In this document: piece by piece, positions 1-42,735 of the stretch
How positions within the stretch are numbered: position 1 is the first letter of the stretch
Layout: each line of letters opens with the position of its first letter
Assembly (NCBI GenBank): GCA_951406725.2
Contig: OX597815.1
Coordinates: 69,130,001-69,194,000, forward strand
Direction of reading: 5' to 3'
DNA: 64,000 bases
DNA from: Octopus vulgaris
Lineage: Eukaryota
Program-made: the position numbers and the translations under genes
The notes under the pieces: generated by a model
Databases searched by the model: none
The model's input: the letters and a program-made list of their open reading frames with translations, nothing else
What the model was told of the DNA's origin: nothing

Positions 1-328
1 TCACTGTCTGGAAAGTTTTTGTTGTACATTATTTGGAAAATTGTTATTTTTTCTTGTTTGAATATAATTTTATTTAATGTAAAAATTTCCTTGAATTTGA
101 CTAACAACTCTTACATTAGTATTTGTTTAAAACTAAGATTGCTATTATTATGGTAATTATTTAAAATGTCTATTGTAAATGTGCAATTAGCAGGAAAATG
201 TTTAAACTTTTTTGATACCAACTCACCTAAGATTGTGCCTAGCTCTGTAATATGAGCTTCCTGTTGTTAAAGTGATCTAAATTAAAACCTTCCATCCAAA
301 TTTCATGTCAATTTCTGTTTTAGCTTAA

Positions 329-558
329 CCTTTTGCCTGTCCCAAACATTTTCATGAGTTTGTCTTAAATGTCCATGTTTGTATGTAGACTTTTAGTTAG
401 CCTTTATGTTATACATTCTGAGTAACATAAAGCTTTCTTTTTCATAAATCCCGAGTTACTCTGGCGATTTAAAAGAATTGAAAATGTTAATCAATTATGA
501 TGCATGAATGTCTGCGAAATATGTCCCTTGTATCATGATACACAGGACAGGCATAGAG
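329..558. mobile_element. piggyBac-type MITE nested in another MITE
   Basis: ttaa|ccttttgcctgtcc ... ggacaggcatagag|ttaa. Confidence 0.7.
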
Positions 559-1947
559 TTAATTTATATTCTAAAACACCAGATTGATAATGACTAAATT
601 ATTTTATAAATTCATTATTTTCAAAATTAATTGAAACAAAAGCAGTATATTTCAACAGAAATATTGTAATAAAAAGGTTAAGGGCTGGCACCAGACTGAT
701 TTGTATCTTGCATCAGACCAACTACCCCACCCTCCCAAAAAGTGCTTTTCAAAGCGATTTGTGCACCAAAATAATATTTCTTAGTATGTGAGGAAGATAA
801 CCAAACATTAAAATATAATTTTTTTTCTACAAAGCATGTTTTTGAAGAACAATGGTTTTTTTTACTTGTTTTTATTTTTTCTTAAAATAATATTTTTAAA
901 GGCTCAGTTGTGGCTGTGTGGTTAAGAAGTTAGCTTCCCAACTACATAGTTTCAGGTTCAGTCCCAATACATGGTACCTTGGGCAAGTGTCTTTTATAGC
1001 CCTGAGCCAACCAAAGTCTTGTGAATGGATTTGGTAGATGGAAACTGAAGTATGCTTGTTCAGTGAGAAAGTGTGTGTGAGAGAGTATGTTTGGGTCTTC
1101 TTGTCTTCACATCACATAAGTTGTGAACGAGTGTCACTATCATACAAGCAGTGTACTTTATTTCCAACCTTCCATGAAAATGTCCCTGGCCATGGGGGAA
1201 TTATTACCTTGCTTGAAAATAGACAGGAAGGGAATCTGGCTGCAGAAAATCTACTCAGCATGTTTGGTTTGCCAAAATCTTACCAGTGTCCAACACAGCA
1301 ACAATAATGGCAAATAGTCACAAATAGATAGTGCTTAACTGCTATTTATTTCCTTGATCTTGAAAGGACAACGAATTGACACTGGCAGGATTTGAACTTT
1401 GGATGTATAGAGGTGTACAGGGTACAAAGCATTTTGTCCAGTTTTCTACTAATTCTGACATTTACTAACCTTATTAGGACTAATAAAAATAATTCTTTCT
1501 AATTTTGGCACATCACCAGCAATTTTACTTAGATCAATCACATTGATCTCAGTACATTATCTTATCAATCCCTGAAACGATTAAAGGCAAATTTGACCAT
1601 GACAAGATTTGAACTTGGAGCATATTTCTGGAGGAAATAACTTTTGTAATGGCTATAAATTTTATAATACTAATATGTAAAATAAGTTTGTTACCTTGGC
1701 CTCATTTTTTTTTTATAAAACTGCAATCTCTCAGGCATAACAGCAGGTTCTGTTACAAGTTGTAAATAAAATTTGAGTATCAAATGAAATCAGTATTATC
1801 TGCACACATATTGTTATAGTTAAAATCTATTGATGTTTCTTTCTCAGTGTCAGAGACAAGTGCTAATTTAATTGGTTCACTGACAAAAATGTGTGAAATA
1901 AAATCTCTTTACATTATACTAACCACATACGTGTGCATGCACGCGCG

Positions 1948-1992
<45 letters not shown>

Positions 1993-2810
1993 TTTCACTC
2001 TCACTCTCTCTCTCTCTCATAGATACAAAGGTACATGTACTGCAAAAGGTATATTTGTTAAGTAAATTAATGTTTAGTTTCACTTTAAACAAAATTTCAA
2101 ATATCTATAAAATCTATTTTGTTTCAATCATTGAATTGTGGCCATACTAGGGCACTGCTTTCAAGAGTTTTGTTGGACGAATCTTCTATGAAAACAAGTG
2201 AAGGTTGGCAGCAGGGAGGGTATCCAGTTGTACAAAATCTGTCTGATTCATGTGAGCATGAGCATGGAAAAATGGCTATTGCATATATATATATTTTTTT
2301 CTCATGGACAGTAATATTTCCAACTGGTGTATTATAACTGTATGTAATTTTTCAAAGTTTCATTTCTGTGTACTTACATATATATACTTGATTGCTGACA
2401 TTTATAAATGGTTTCTTCCATTGTTTTGATGCACCATTTTCTATCATTGATAAAACTGTTGGCATTTTTGATGACACAGCTATACTACTAAATATATATA
2501 TATATATATATATAAAAATTAAATTAGAGATAAAACCACTATTAGGCAACTCAAACAGTGATAGACATAAACCAAAACATAAAAAAACAAAAAATAAAAA
2601 TAATTAATATAATATACAAAATATATATAAAATATAGAATTTAAATTATTGAAATTTGAAATTTTAAAATTTATATTTATAAATTTTTATATTTTTATAT
2701 TTTAAATTTATAAATTTTTTAACTTTTAAACTTTTTTTAAACTAACCAAAATGTATTAAAAAGTTTAATATAATAAGTAAATAATATATATATATGTGTG
2801 TGTGTGTGTG

Positions 2811-3062
2811 GAGGCGCAATGGCCCAGTGGTTAGGGCAGCGGACTTGTGGTTGGAGGCTTGCGGTTTCAATTCCTAAACCGGGCGTTATGAGCGAAAACA
2901 TCTAAAGCTCCATGAGGCTCCGGCAGGGGGTGGTGGCAACCCCTGTTGTACTCTTTCGCCCCAACTTTCTCTCACTCTCTCTTCCTGTTTCTTGAGTAAC
3001 ACTGTGATGGACTGGCATCCCGTCCAGCTGGGAGGAACACATACGCCACAGAAACTGGGAAA
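2811..3062 (+). mobile_element. tRNA-derived SINE (different family)
   Basis: ggcgcaatggcccagtggttagggca A-box, ggtttcaattcct B-box; GC-rich body flanked by microsatellites. Confidence 0.65.
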
Positions 3063-3254
3063 GGATTGAAAAGGGGCATATATTAAATATATATATATAT
3101 AGTAAGACATATGAATGTAGCCAATTAATAGGCCTTCTGGGAGCGGTGTTGATCTAATCAACTTACCCCTCCACTCAGGATTGCTGTCCTTGTGCCCAAC
3201 TGTGTATCTTCTGAGTTTGGTTTGTGCTGGGGTAACTTCATCTTTTATCTCTTT

Positions 3255-4410
3255 GAGATCAATAAAATAAGGTACCACTCAAATACTAGGGTCAATGGTA
3301 TCCATTTATACTGCCCTTCAAAATTGCTGGATTGTGCCTAAATCACAAATCATCATCATTACTATTATTATTAAGGTGGTGAGCTGGTAGAATCATTAGC
3401 ATGCCGGGCAAAATGCTTAGTGGAATTGCATCTGTCTTTATGTTCTAAATTCAAATTCCGCTGAGGTCAACTTTGCCTTTCATATTTTCAGGGTTGATAA
3501 AATAAGTATCAGTTAAACACTGGGGTCAATGTAATTGACTTAACCCCTCCCTACAAAATTTCGGGCCTCATGCCTATAGTGGAAAGGATTAGAATTCCAC
3601 TGGGGTCGACTTTGCCTTTCATCCTTTCAGGGCCAATGAAATAAGTACCCATTACGCACTGGGGTTGATATAATTGACTAGCTCCCCTCCCCAAAATTTT
3701 GAGCCTTGTCTCTATAGCAGAAAGGATTATTATTATGTAAGGTGGTGAGCTGGCAGAATCATTAGCATGCTGGGCAAAATGCTTAGCGGCAGTTTGTCTG
3801 TCTTTACATTCTGAGTTCAAATTCTGCCAGGGTTGACTTTGCCTTTCATCCTTTCAGGGTCGATAAAGTAAGTAGCAGTTGATTGCTAGGGTCAATGTAA
3901 TTGACTTACTCCCTCTCCTGAAATTGCTGGTCATGTGCCAAGAATTTGTACCATTACTATTATTATGTTGGTGAGTTGGGAGAATTATTAGCACACCTGA
4001 CAAAATGCTTAGTGGATTTTTGTCTGTCCTTATGCTTTAAGTTCAAATTCCACTGAGGTTAATTTCTCCTTTCATTGTTTTGGGGTCAATAAAATAAGTA
4101 GCAGTAGAGAATTGGGGTTGATGTAATTGACTTATTCCTTCCTATGAAATTACTAGCCTTCTGCCAAAATTTGGAAACATTATCATTACAGCAGCAGGTT
4201 CACAGAATCTTTAGAGCATCAATTAAAAATGCCCTGTGATATTTGTTTCATCTTTTACATTCTGAGTTCAAATCCTGCCGAGGTTGACTTTGCCTTTCAT
4301 TCTTTTGGGATTGCTAAAATAAATATCAGTCAAGTACTGGGGTCAATGGTTATAGACAAACTTCCTCCTCCTCAAAATTGCTGGCCTTGTGTCTAAATTC
4401 TAACTATTAT
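3255..4410 (+). repeat. Head-to-tail array of ~6 tRNA-derived SINE units (~200 bp) with a Nin/Deu-like central domain and (ATT)n tails
   Basis: Units start ~3373, 3739, 3968, 4195 (plus partials); A-box-like TGGCAGAATC, B-box-like GTTCAAATTCC, central GCCTTTCATCCTTTC..GGTCGATAAAATAAGTACC. Domain assignment is from recall. Confidence 0.8.
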
Positions 4411-5192
4411 ATTTTATCATACTTAGTATTGGTACTTATTTGAGTAGATGCAAGGAGAGATCAGCACTGGTGGAATTAAAGTCAGAACCACAAGGTTCAA
4501 ACATTAGATACAGCAAATCATTTGGTCTGGCTGCTCTGTTGTTGTTGCTACTTCTACTGACTGGTTTTGGAATTGGTTTAAATTAATCACAAAGCAGGTG
4601 CTTTACATCTATAAGTCCTTGATCCAGTTTTATTGTTTGAAGTGGTTTCATTTCGTCTGTTAACACTATCAGGAAAGGCAAAAATGTCATAACTCTTTTG
4701 CCCTCCCATATAAGGGTGTAGCAAAAAAAAAAAAAAAAAAAAAAACCTGTTCCAGTTTCACCATGCTTGATAAACATCTAAACAGTAAGTGCATGGCATA
4801 CTCTTGCCAAAACCATGAGGGCATCTTGAAAACAAAAGTTACTTCATTTGTGGCAGGGTGTAGCAGGAAAAGCTATGGGAAGTTCTTCTGCCACTCCTTG
4901 TATAAATTTGAAGATTTATTCTAATAATGATTATTGTAATAAAAATAATAATTGCTTTTATAGAGAAAGCAATTCTTATTTTCGTTACACAAAGTCAACT
5001 CTAGTAGAAGTGGTAAGTTAGTCGACCACTATGGAATAACAATGGTAATCGCAGTAACAGCTTTTTCTTCTTCTCTTTCACTGCAGTATTCTTCTTATTT
5101 ATATATTGAAGCTGTTTCTCTTTCACCATTCATCAGCTGCTGCTTGGCATTTTCACATTCCTCTGTCTCTTTGGTTTTTTCTTACATAATAC

Positions 5193-5242
5193 TGTAGTGC
5201 ACTTGAGCACTGTGTATACAATAATCTCATTATTATTATAAT
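5193..5242 (+). mobile_element. Short CR1-type 3' terminus (stem-loop + ATT tail)
   Basis: tgtagtgcacttgagcactgt matches the CR1 end at 21753-21773; followed by ATT repeats. Confidence 0.6.
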
Positions 5243-5890
5243 AAAGGTGGCGAGCTGACAGAATTGTTAGCATGTTGGGTGAAATGCTTAGCAGTATTTC
5301 ACCTGTTATGTTCTGAGTTCAGATTCCACTGAGGTCAACTTTACCTTTCATGGTCAATAAATTTAGTACCAGTCGTGTACTGAGATCATTCTAATCGACT
5401 GGCTCCCTCCCTCAAAATTTCAAGCCTTGTGCCTATAGTAGAAAGGATTATTATTAAGGCAGTGAGCTGGAAGAATTGTTAGCACATTGGACAAAATATT
5501 TAGTGGCATTTCTACTGGCTTTTTACATTCAGAGTTCAAATACTGCTCAGGTCAATGTTGCTTATGACCTTTTTTGAGTTGATAAAATAAAGTACCATTT
5601 TAATACTGGGGTCGATGTAACTGTCTTAACTCCTCACTTAAAATAGCTGGCCATGTGTCAAAATTTGAAACCATTATTATGATTATTAAGGCTGTGAACT
5701 GGCAGAATTGTTAGCATGTCAGACAAAATGCTTAGTGGTATTTCTTTAAGCTAATGTTCTAAGTTGACTTTACTTTTCAACCTTCAGGATTGATAAAGTA
5801 CCAGTCAAGTACTAGAGTTGATAGCATCAACTAACATTGCCCCTGAAATTTCTCTCTGTGTGCATATATTATTATTATCATCATTATTAT
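5243..5890 (+). repeat. Three more head-to-tail units of the same SINE
   Basis: Units start ~5243, 5456, 5688, each preceded by ATT repeats. Confidence 0.8.
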
Positions 5891-6874
5891 TAATGTTTTG
5901 AGAGGAACAACATTACCAAAATAATCAGGCTAATGAAACTAGCTGACAAGCTTGTTTTTCTGAGAACTCATTGCCACATAATGGTATTTTACATATTTCT
6001 GACTATGATGATGATAATTGTAATAATTATTGTAATCATTAATGAGAGTCACTGTTGAAGTAATAGAACTGAAATGTACATTTTTTATTTTGCTCAGTGC
6101 ATTCCTTGGAATTGTAATGCACAACTGAAACAATTTCCCCTTTCACATGCTTTCAACTGATGTTTCCTAAAAATTGTCTTCAATACCTGAAATGTTAAAG
6201 AAAAATAGCTCCTGCATTTTTCACTTCAAATCAGAGAACCTTTCCCATCATCAACCAATGCAAAGCACTTTTGTCCAGACTAATAGCAATTACCAAAATA
6301 TATTGGTTTTTGGATTAGTTCTTCAATTATATTTCCTTGAATGGCATTTTATATTGACCTTTGTATCTTGAGGCTCCATCCTGACACTCCATTGCCACTA
6401 TTTTATGTTTTTCTGGTTCCACTCTCACCCTTCTATAATGTGAGTTAGCAGAAAAAAACAACCTATTGTGGACTCTTTTCCCTCACTTCAACTCTTCATC
6501 CCAAAAGCTACCTTTCTCTTTTCCACAGCTGCCCCACTCAGTTAAAAAGGAAATGCACAAATATACATGTATATACCCACATGTGTATATATGTGTATGT
6601 GTGTATTACGATGGACTTCTTTGAGTTTCCGTCTACTGAATCCATTCACAAGGCTTTGCTCAGTCCAGAGCTATAGCAGAAGATACAAGCCCAAGGTGTC
6701 ACACAGTGGAACTGATCCTAAAATTGTGTGGATGGGAAGCAAACTTCTTAATCGCACAGCTACAACCATCCCTGCACCTATCACAAATAATAACAATACC
6801 CCATTTACAGTATAAGACTGAATTGTTAGACTATTTAGTATGGAAATGTTACTCTTTCTCCCGTTTGATTGCAG

Positions 6875-36973
<30,099 letters not shown>

Positions 36974-39190
36974 AAGCTTTCCACCATCATAATTAACAAT
37001 AAATTTGTCACTACTACAATTATTATTTCTATATTGCCCAAAACAGGCATCTGCTGGACAGTTACAACACTTTGAAAAAATTTTTTTTTTCATTCTGAAA
37101 TTTTTTTTTTTTCATTCAGCAAAATCTGTGATTCCTTCTATCCTCACCTCTCTGCCTATTTCTCTCTCTTATAGTTGTATATATAATAATAATAATAATA
37201 ATGATAATAATAATAATGCAGAACTCAATTTGTCTTATTTTTAGTCTTCTGAATGCATCACTATTCTGTCATTTACAGAATTATCAAAATCATCTCTTAC
37301 CACAATAGAAATTAATTCTTGGTAATAATTAGTGGTAATGAAAATGAAGATGTTTTCTTTTTGTCAACAGCACCTCTATTTTAACCCCTCCCCTCTTCAC
37401 TTAAATGGTTGCTACTGTGCACCTAATGACCAATCTTACTACTTTTACAGCCCAATGTCTGGGTCTCACGCTTCTTAAAGCCCAAGAATGTATCCTGTTG
37501 GTGGAGTAATTTATATTACACCATTTTTTCAGGTCACTATATTCAAGTGTCAGCTCCGATGATACGACTGTAGGCTGCACCCTTTGTAAGAAGTGCATCT
37601 ATGTTGAAGTACTTTTTAAGTTAAAGGATCTGGCCAAATAATGGACCAGAAGGATGCACAGAGCTGTTATTATACAATGTGAGAAATATTCTAAACAATT
37701 TTTATTAAAAAAATACAAAAAGCGACAGCAATGACAGATTTTGAAGTAAAACTTTCCTTCTTCAATATAATTTTGTTTAATCCCGCCTCTCAACTTCTCT
37801 CTTCTTCCACACTAATTAATTCTCTTATGGCACGTTTTGGTTTGCCTCAATAATTCCATTTATTTATTTTTTGTTTTTTACAAGTAAAACAACACCACAA
37901 ACTGTTATTACCCTTTTATATTCCTTGATCTTTTATATTTTTTTATAATGATATATGCTAATTCTTCTCTACCACCTTCACTGACTACGACTCTTCTATG
38001 TTAAAACTGGGATCTGTTGTGTCTTCTGTAGAAAACTATAATAAATCTTCCTTTATATATATATATATTTATATATATATATATATATAGACACAAACAC
38101 ATCACAAGCTTCTATAGTCACAGATATTATCTATATCCTGGAATCCTCTATTCTTATATTGCAGTGGCTTTTTTTCTTTAATCCACTGGCAAAGCAACAG
38201 TTTGCCCTTTTCAGTTTGGTTAAGCCAATCTTCTAGTCTTTTTTCTCTTTTTCCTTTCTTTTCAATTTATTGGGGTGGGTGGCGGGAAAAATAAGCTGAC
38301 ATTGTTATCATAATGTCAATTGTGAACAGTAATTTTAGAGTTATCTCCCATGATATTAAAAGGAAACAGCAAACAAATGATTAATGTATGAAATTATATT
38401 GAAAATTTGTACAGAAACAAACTCGTACACATCTAGTGTATGTGCCAGTGTATATTAGCACCTTTGCTATATATAGCCAAGTCAAAATATCATTTATGAA
38501 AATATTAAGATATTTGTTTTCAAAAACCCAAATTGGATGATAAAAAATAAATGATTGTGAAATAGATGTGTATGAACTGATTTTTTTTAATGTATTCTTT
38601 TTATCTTTTTCAATTTTAATCTTCAGTTGGTTGTTTTGCTCCCCCTTCCACATCCCGCCCGTTTTTTTTTTTTTTAATTCCTTAAGTCTTTGTGTATGTG
38701 CGCACTCACCACCATCCCATCTTTTCTTCTCTCTCTCTCTCTTTTACAACCTAACCACAGACATTGGTCGGAAATTCACACATACACAACACACCCACTT
38801 TAATGTGTTATTGTACTCGTATGTATATAAATATATATATATTCCCAAATTAATACATACACCAACCTTTTATTGTTCGAGGTGAGATTTTTTCCCTGCC
38901 TTTTTTTTTCTTTTTTAATTTATCAATCTTTTTGCAAAACAACCAACTTTATTTTCTATCCTCCTCCTCCTCCTCCCAAGTCATGATGTAACATAACATT
39001 GCCATAGCACAAAGTCTGCAAGACAACAAATAAAATAAAATAATATTCAAGACAGTATCGTCCCGACATAGGTGAGTTGGACAGCTGGCTTCTTACAGAA
39101 GATTTACCTTCACTCAGTGGCTCTTGGCTTTTTATCTTTGATATTTTATAAAACGAATTATTAAAAACTGCATCAGTTTATTCTTTGTAT
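36974..39190 (+). other. Probable long 3' UTR of NEDD4 with candidate polyA signals
   Basis: ~2.2 kb free of the interspersed repeats that fill neighbouring DNA; AATAAA at 39029 and 39034, ATTAAA at 39160 followed by T/GT-rich sequence. The end position is inferred. Confidence 0.55.
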
Positions 39191-40639
39191 ACTTTTTTCT
39201 TTATATTATTTTTTATTACATGTTTTGCCTTTGTCTGTTTTGTGTTATCAATTTTGAATGTCTCCTCAGTGACTCTGTTCTCCTGTGTTTATATCCAAAC
39301 AACAAACATCAATCTGAAGTAAAATATCAATTATTATACATTGTTAGATGACTCACTCTCTTCTCTCATTTTTTATTGGATTCATGTTCATTTCATGATT
39401 TCATGCTCATCCTTCACTGATAAAAAGGTGTTGTCAGATACCATAAGGTAAGGCAGGGTAAGTGTGCAGAGTTTTAACAATCACTTTCCATGTTTGCATA
39501 GGTTGGACAGAATTTGAAGCAAGGTTTCTACAATCAGATGCCCTTTCTGTCTCCAACCCTCACCTGTTTCCAAGTAAGGTAATATTTCCCCATGACCAGA
39601 CATTTTTTCACAGAAGATGGAAATCAGCAATATTGCTTATATGACATTGACACATGTTTATAACTGTTATGCTATATCAAGATAAAGAAACAAACACATA
39701 TATGTGATGGGCTTCTTTAAGGTTCTATTTATCTAATAATACAATCACAGGGCATTAGTTGTCTTGAGGCTGTAGTGGAAGACACTTTCCCAATTGCCTA
39801 CACCGTGACTGAACTGAAAACCACATGGTTGTGAAGCAAACTTCTTAATCATACAGCCATGCCAGTGCCAGTTTTATTTTTAAAGCTGTTGTGAAATGCA
39901 TGAATATCATGAAGTTTTCCAACATTCTGCAATGATAATTGTTACAACCTATCAGTGTTTAAGTTCATCAATAAAGCCTAACACAAATTCAAAATCATTT
40001 ACTCAACAGAAGCCAGATTACTCAATCTTGTATTAAATACTCTCTCAACAAAGTCTCTTTGAAATAGGAACTAAAAGATTCAAGAGGCAATAAGTTGAAT
40101 TTTAGCCATAGCTAATGTTCTTATAGCTAGAATAATAACAAAGTGCAGCTTTTGCAAATGTTATATATCTTGACATTTTAAAACTTTGAGTATTGTGGTG
40201 GTGGGTGGGAGGCATCGTCATTTAATGTCCACTTTTCCATGCTGGCATGAGTCAGACAGAATTTGTTGGGGTAGATATTCTCTGGTCCTGTTGCCAACCT
40301 TTACCTTTTTCCAAGCAAGGTAGTTTTTCTCCATAGCTCCCAGCAAGTTTTCCAACAAAGACTATAAATGAACAGCATCACTTACATGATTTTGATGCTT
40401 GTTTACAACTATCATGATGATGAAACAAGGGTACACACACACACACACACAACAGGCTTCTTTCAATTTCTGTCTATCAAATCCATTCACAAGGCTTTCG
40501 TTGATCCAGGGCTCCAGTAGAAGATACTTGCCTCAATGTCAGGCATATATGTGGAGTAAAAAATTAGTTCCATCTTCTGATTCAAGAGTTGATTCTTTGT
40601 GTCTCTATGTCGGCTTTTGTTGGATGTTGTTTTACCACA

Positions 40640-42735
40640 ACTAATCCGGGCCAGCAATGAGTATAGCAATGAATTTAGTATGCAGGTAGGAGTTCATCTC
40701 TTGTTTGTCAAAGCCCTTCAGGCCATAACAGGAATTTAAAACTGCTTGCCCATGGGAGCTTTTCAATGCTGATGACATTGTTTTATAGCTGATTCTATAG
40801 TAGAATTAGAGAAGAAATTTCACAATGGAAGCAAGGACTTTGAATCAAAGGGTCTTAGAGTTAATTTAACAAAAACTAGTAAGCAGGTAAGTTACTAGTC
40901 CCTTCTGGGAAATGGCCCTGATTGGTATGTAGAAAATATGTAGGTAGAAGTTCCATAAGATATATTCAGCGCAAACTATGGACAATTAAGAGGTGCAGTA
41001 GAATCACATGAAGGTTAACAGAGCATAGTCTTCATGTGTGGCAGATGTGCAGGACCAAATAAACACTAAAAACACACAGGATATAGATTTCTTCCAATGC
41101 CCAAGAGGATCCAAAGAAGTAGCAGATAGTTTCTATTGCCTAGATGATGAAATTAGCAATGGAGAAGGAACCATATGTCTGTTGGCTACAAAAAGCCTCT
41201 CCTTGAGAGTGAAAAGCAAATTGCATGATGCTTGTGTACAAACAGCTATGCTACATGATAGTGAAATGTGGGCTGTGACTGCAAAGGACATGCAAATGCT
41301 TAAAAGAAATGAATTTGGCATGCTTGGCTGAATGTGTAATATCAGTGTGCATTTATGACAAAGTGTAAATGTATTGAAAGAAAAGCTGGGTATAAGAAGC
41401 ATCAGGGTTAGTATGCAAGAGAGAAGATGGCATTGGCATGGTCCTGTGATGCATATGGATGAGGACAGCTGCATAAAGAAGGGCTGATCTCTACATGTGG
41501 AGAAAATCTGCAGAAGAGGAAGACAAGAAATGAAATAGTGAAAAAGGATCTTCTATGTTGAGCTGCACAAGAAAAATGATCTTCAGATGTTGAGCTTCAC
41601 AGATATGACAAAGGATCAAAATGATTAGTGATTTGCTGTGCTTGAGAAGACTTGTCCTGCTAAGTAGAATTGATGCCATAAAAGCATGTCCATGCTCCTG
41701 CATACAATCTGTGCTTGATAAACCTCTCCTCCAAAACCCATCTTCCTAGCACATCACCCCCCCACCTGAGTTTACTACTCACTGTATTCCCCTTCCCTTT
41801 ATTTCCCACTCTCCTTTTCCTCATGCACACATTATGTCCCTGTTGAAGCTCTTCCCCACAACATGTACTCTTAACACCCCTCCTACTCTTTGTGTCCACT
41901 TGCTACATTCCTTCCCTTCTCACAATCTCATGAACCTACCCACCCACTCACCCAATCTGATCTTTGGTTCCACTTATGTATGTTTCCCTGTAACTCATGT
42001 GTCCCCACTCCTGCCACATTTTCATCATCATCTCTTTTCTCTTTCCCTCCTCCTGAGATAGGTTTGTATTTCTTTTACTGCAAGATACCTATTTCTGTCT
42101 CTCTATTCTTATTGTAACATCTCATAACCTAACTCAGATCCACTCCTCCTTCCATTGAAAGATATTTGTCTTGTGAATAATTTAGCCACCTCACTACTGT
42201 TGGTACTTACTTGTACTTGTGGTGGCATTCACCCTGGGCGGGTTTAATCAGCTTCTTCCACCACCCTCAAGGCATCTTGAACCATGGCAGTGGAAGAAGT
42301 TTCATGGGAATATGACTTTCACAAGCAGTCCCAAACAATCCCGCATGTAGAGACATCCTGTTTGCTGCAGATTGTCCGCAGACGCAGGGACAGAACGACC
42401 AAGGAGCCGCCGGTTGCCGAAACAGACACTCCGAGGATTTTCACCAGAGCCCTAATACCACTCGGTGTCAGACCAATCCGCCTTGGGTGGCCCTATCAGG
42501 AACCGAAGTTCCCGACGGCATAGCTCTGACACTACCCGTTGCCAGCATCCCCACCACGGTGAGGAGGGGATGGACTTTGGGGACGCACTACTGCTAGTAC
42601 CACATAAAAAGCACTCAGTACACTCAGAAACCCAGCCGAAGCAGACTGTCAAGCTTGGTGCAGTCTTCTGACATGCCCTGCTAAACCATCCAACCCATGC
42701 CAGCATGGAAAACGGTCATTAAATCATGATGATGT
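40640..42735 (+). mobile_element. Older degenerate RTE LINE (RT remnant, pyrimidine-rich 3' UTR, tail)
   Basis: LATKSLSLRVKSKLHDACVQTAMLHDSEMWAVTA is homologous to 57907-58641; many stops; ends with the family tail. Confidence 0.8.
42207..42585 (-). mobile_element. Short GC-rich non-autonomous retroelement (bipartite RTE-like) with 15-bp TSD
   Basis: cactactgttggtac (42192-42206) vs cactactgctagtac (42586-42600); minus strand ends ...caagtacaagtaagta. Confidence 0.7.

Noticed and set aside
901-975. tRNA-like sequences at SINE heads (also 2811, 3373, 31925)
   Set aside because: A/B boxes are present but there is no complete cloverleaf; each continues into a multicopy SINE body.
2560-2795. 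Almost pure A/T stretch with A-rich then T-rich halves
   Set aside because: It lies between (TA)n tracts with no clean repeat or palindrome; more likely low-complexity decay or a low-quality consensus.
6505-6560. Strong acceptor-like cctttctcttttccacag as an extra NEDD4 exon
   Set aside because: No matching donor or recognisable NEDD4 peptide follows; it runs into an antisense SINE.
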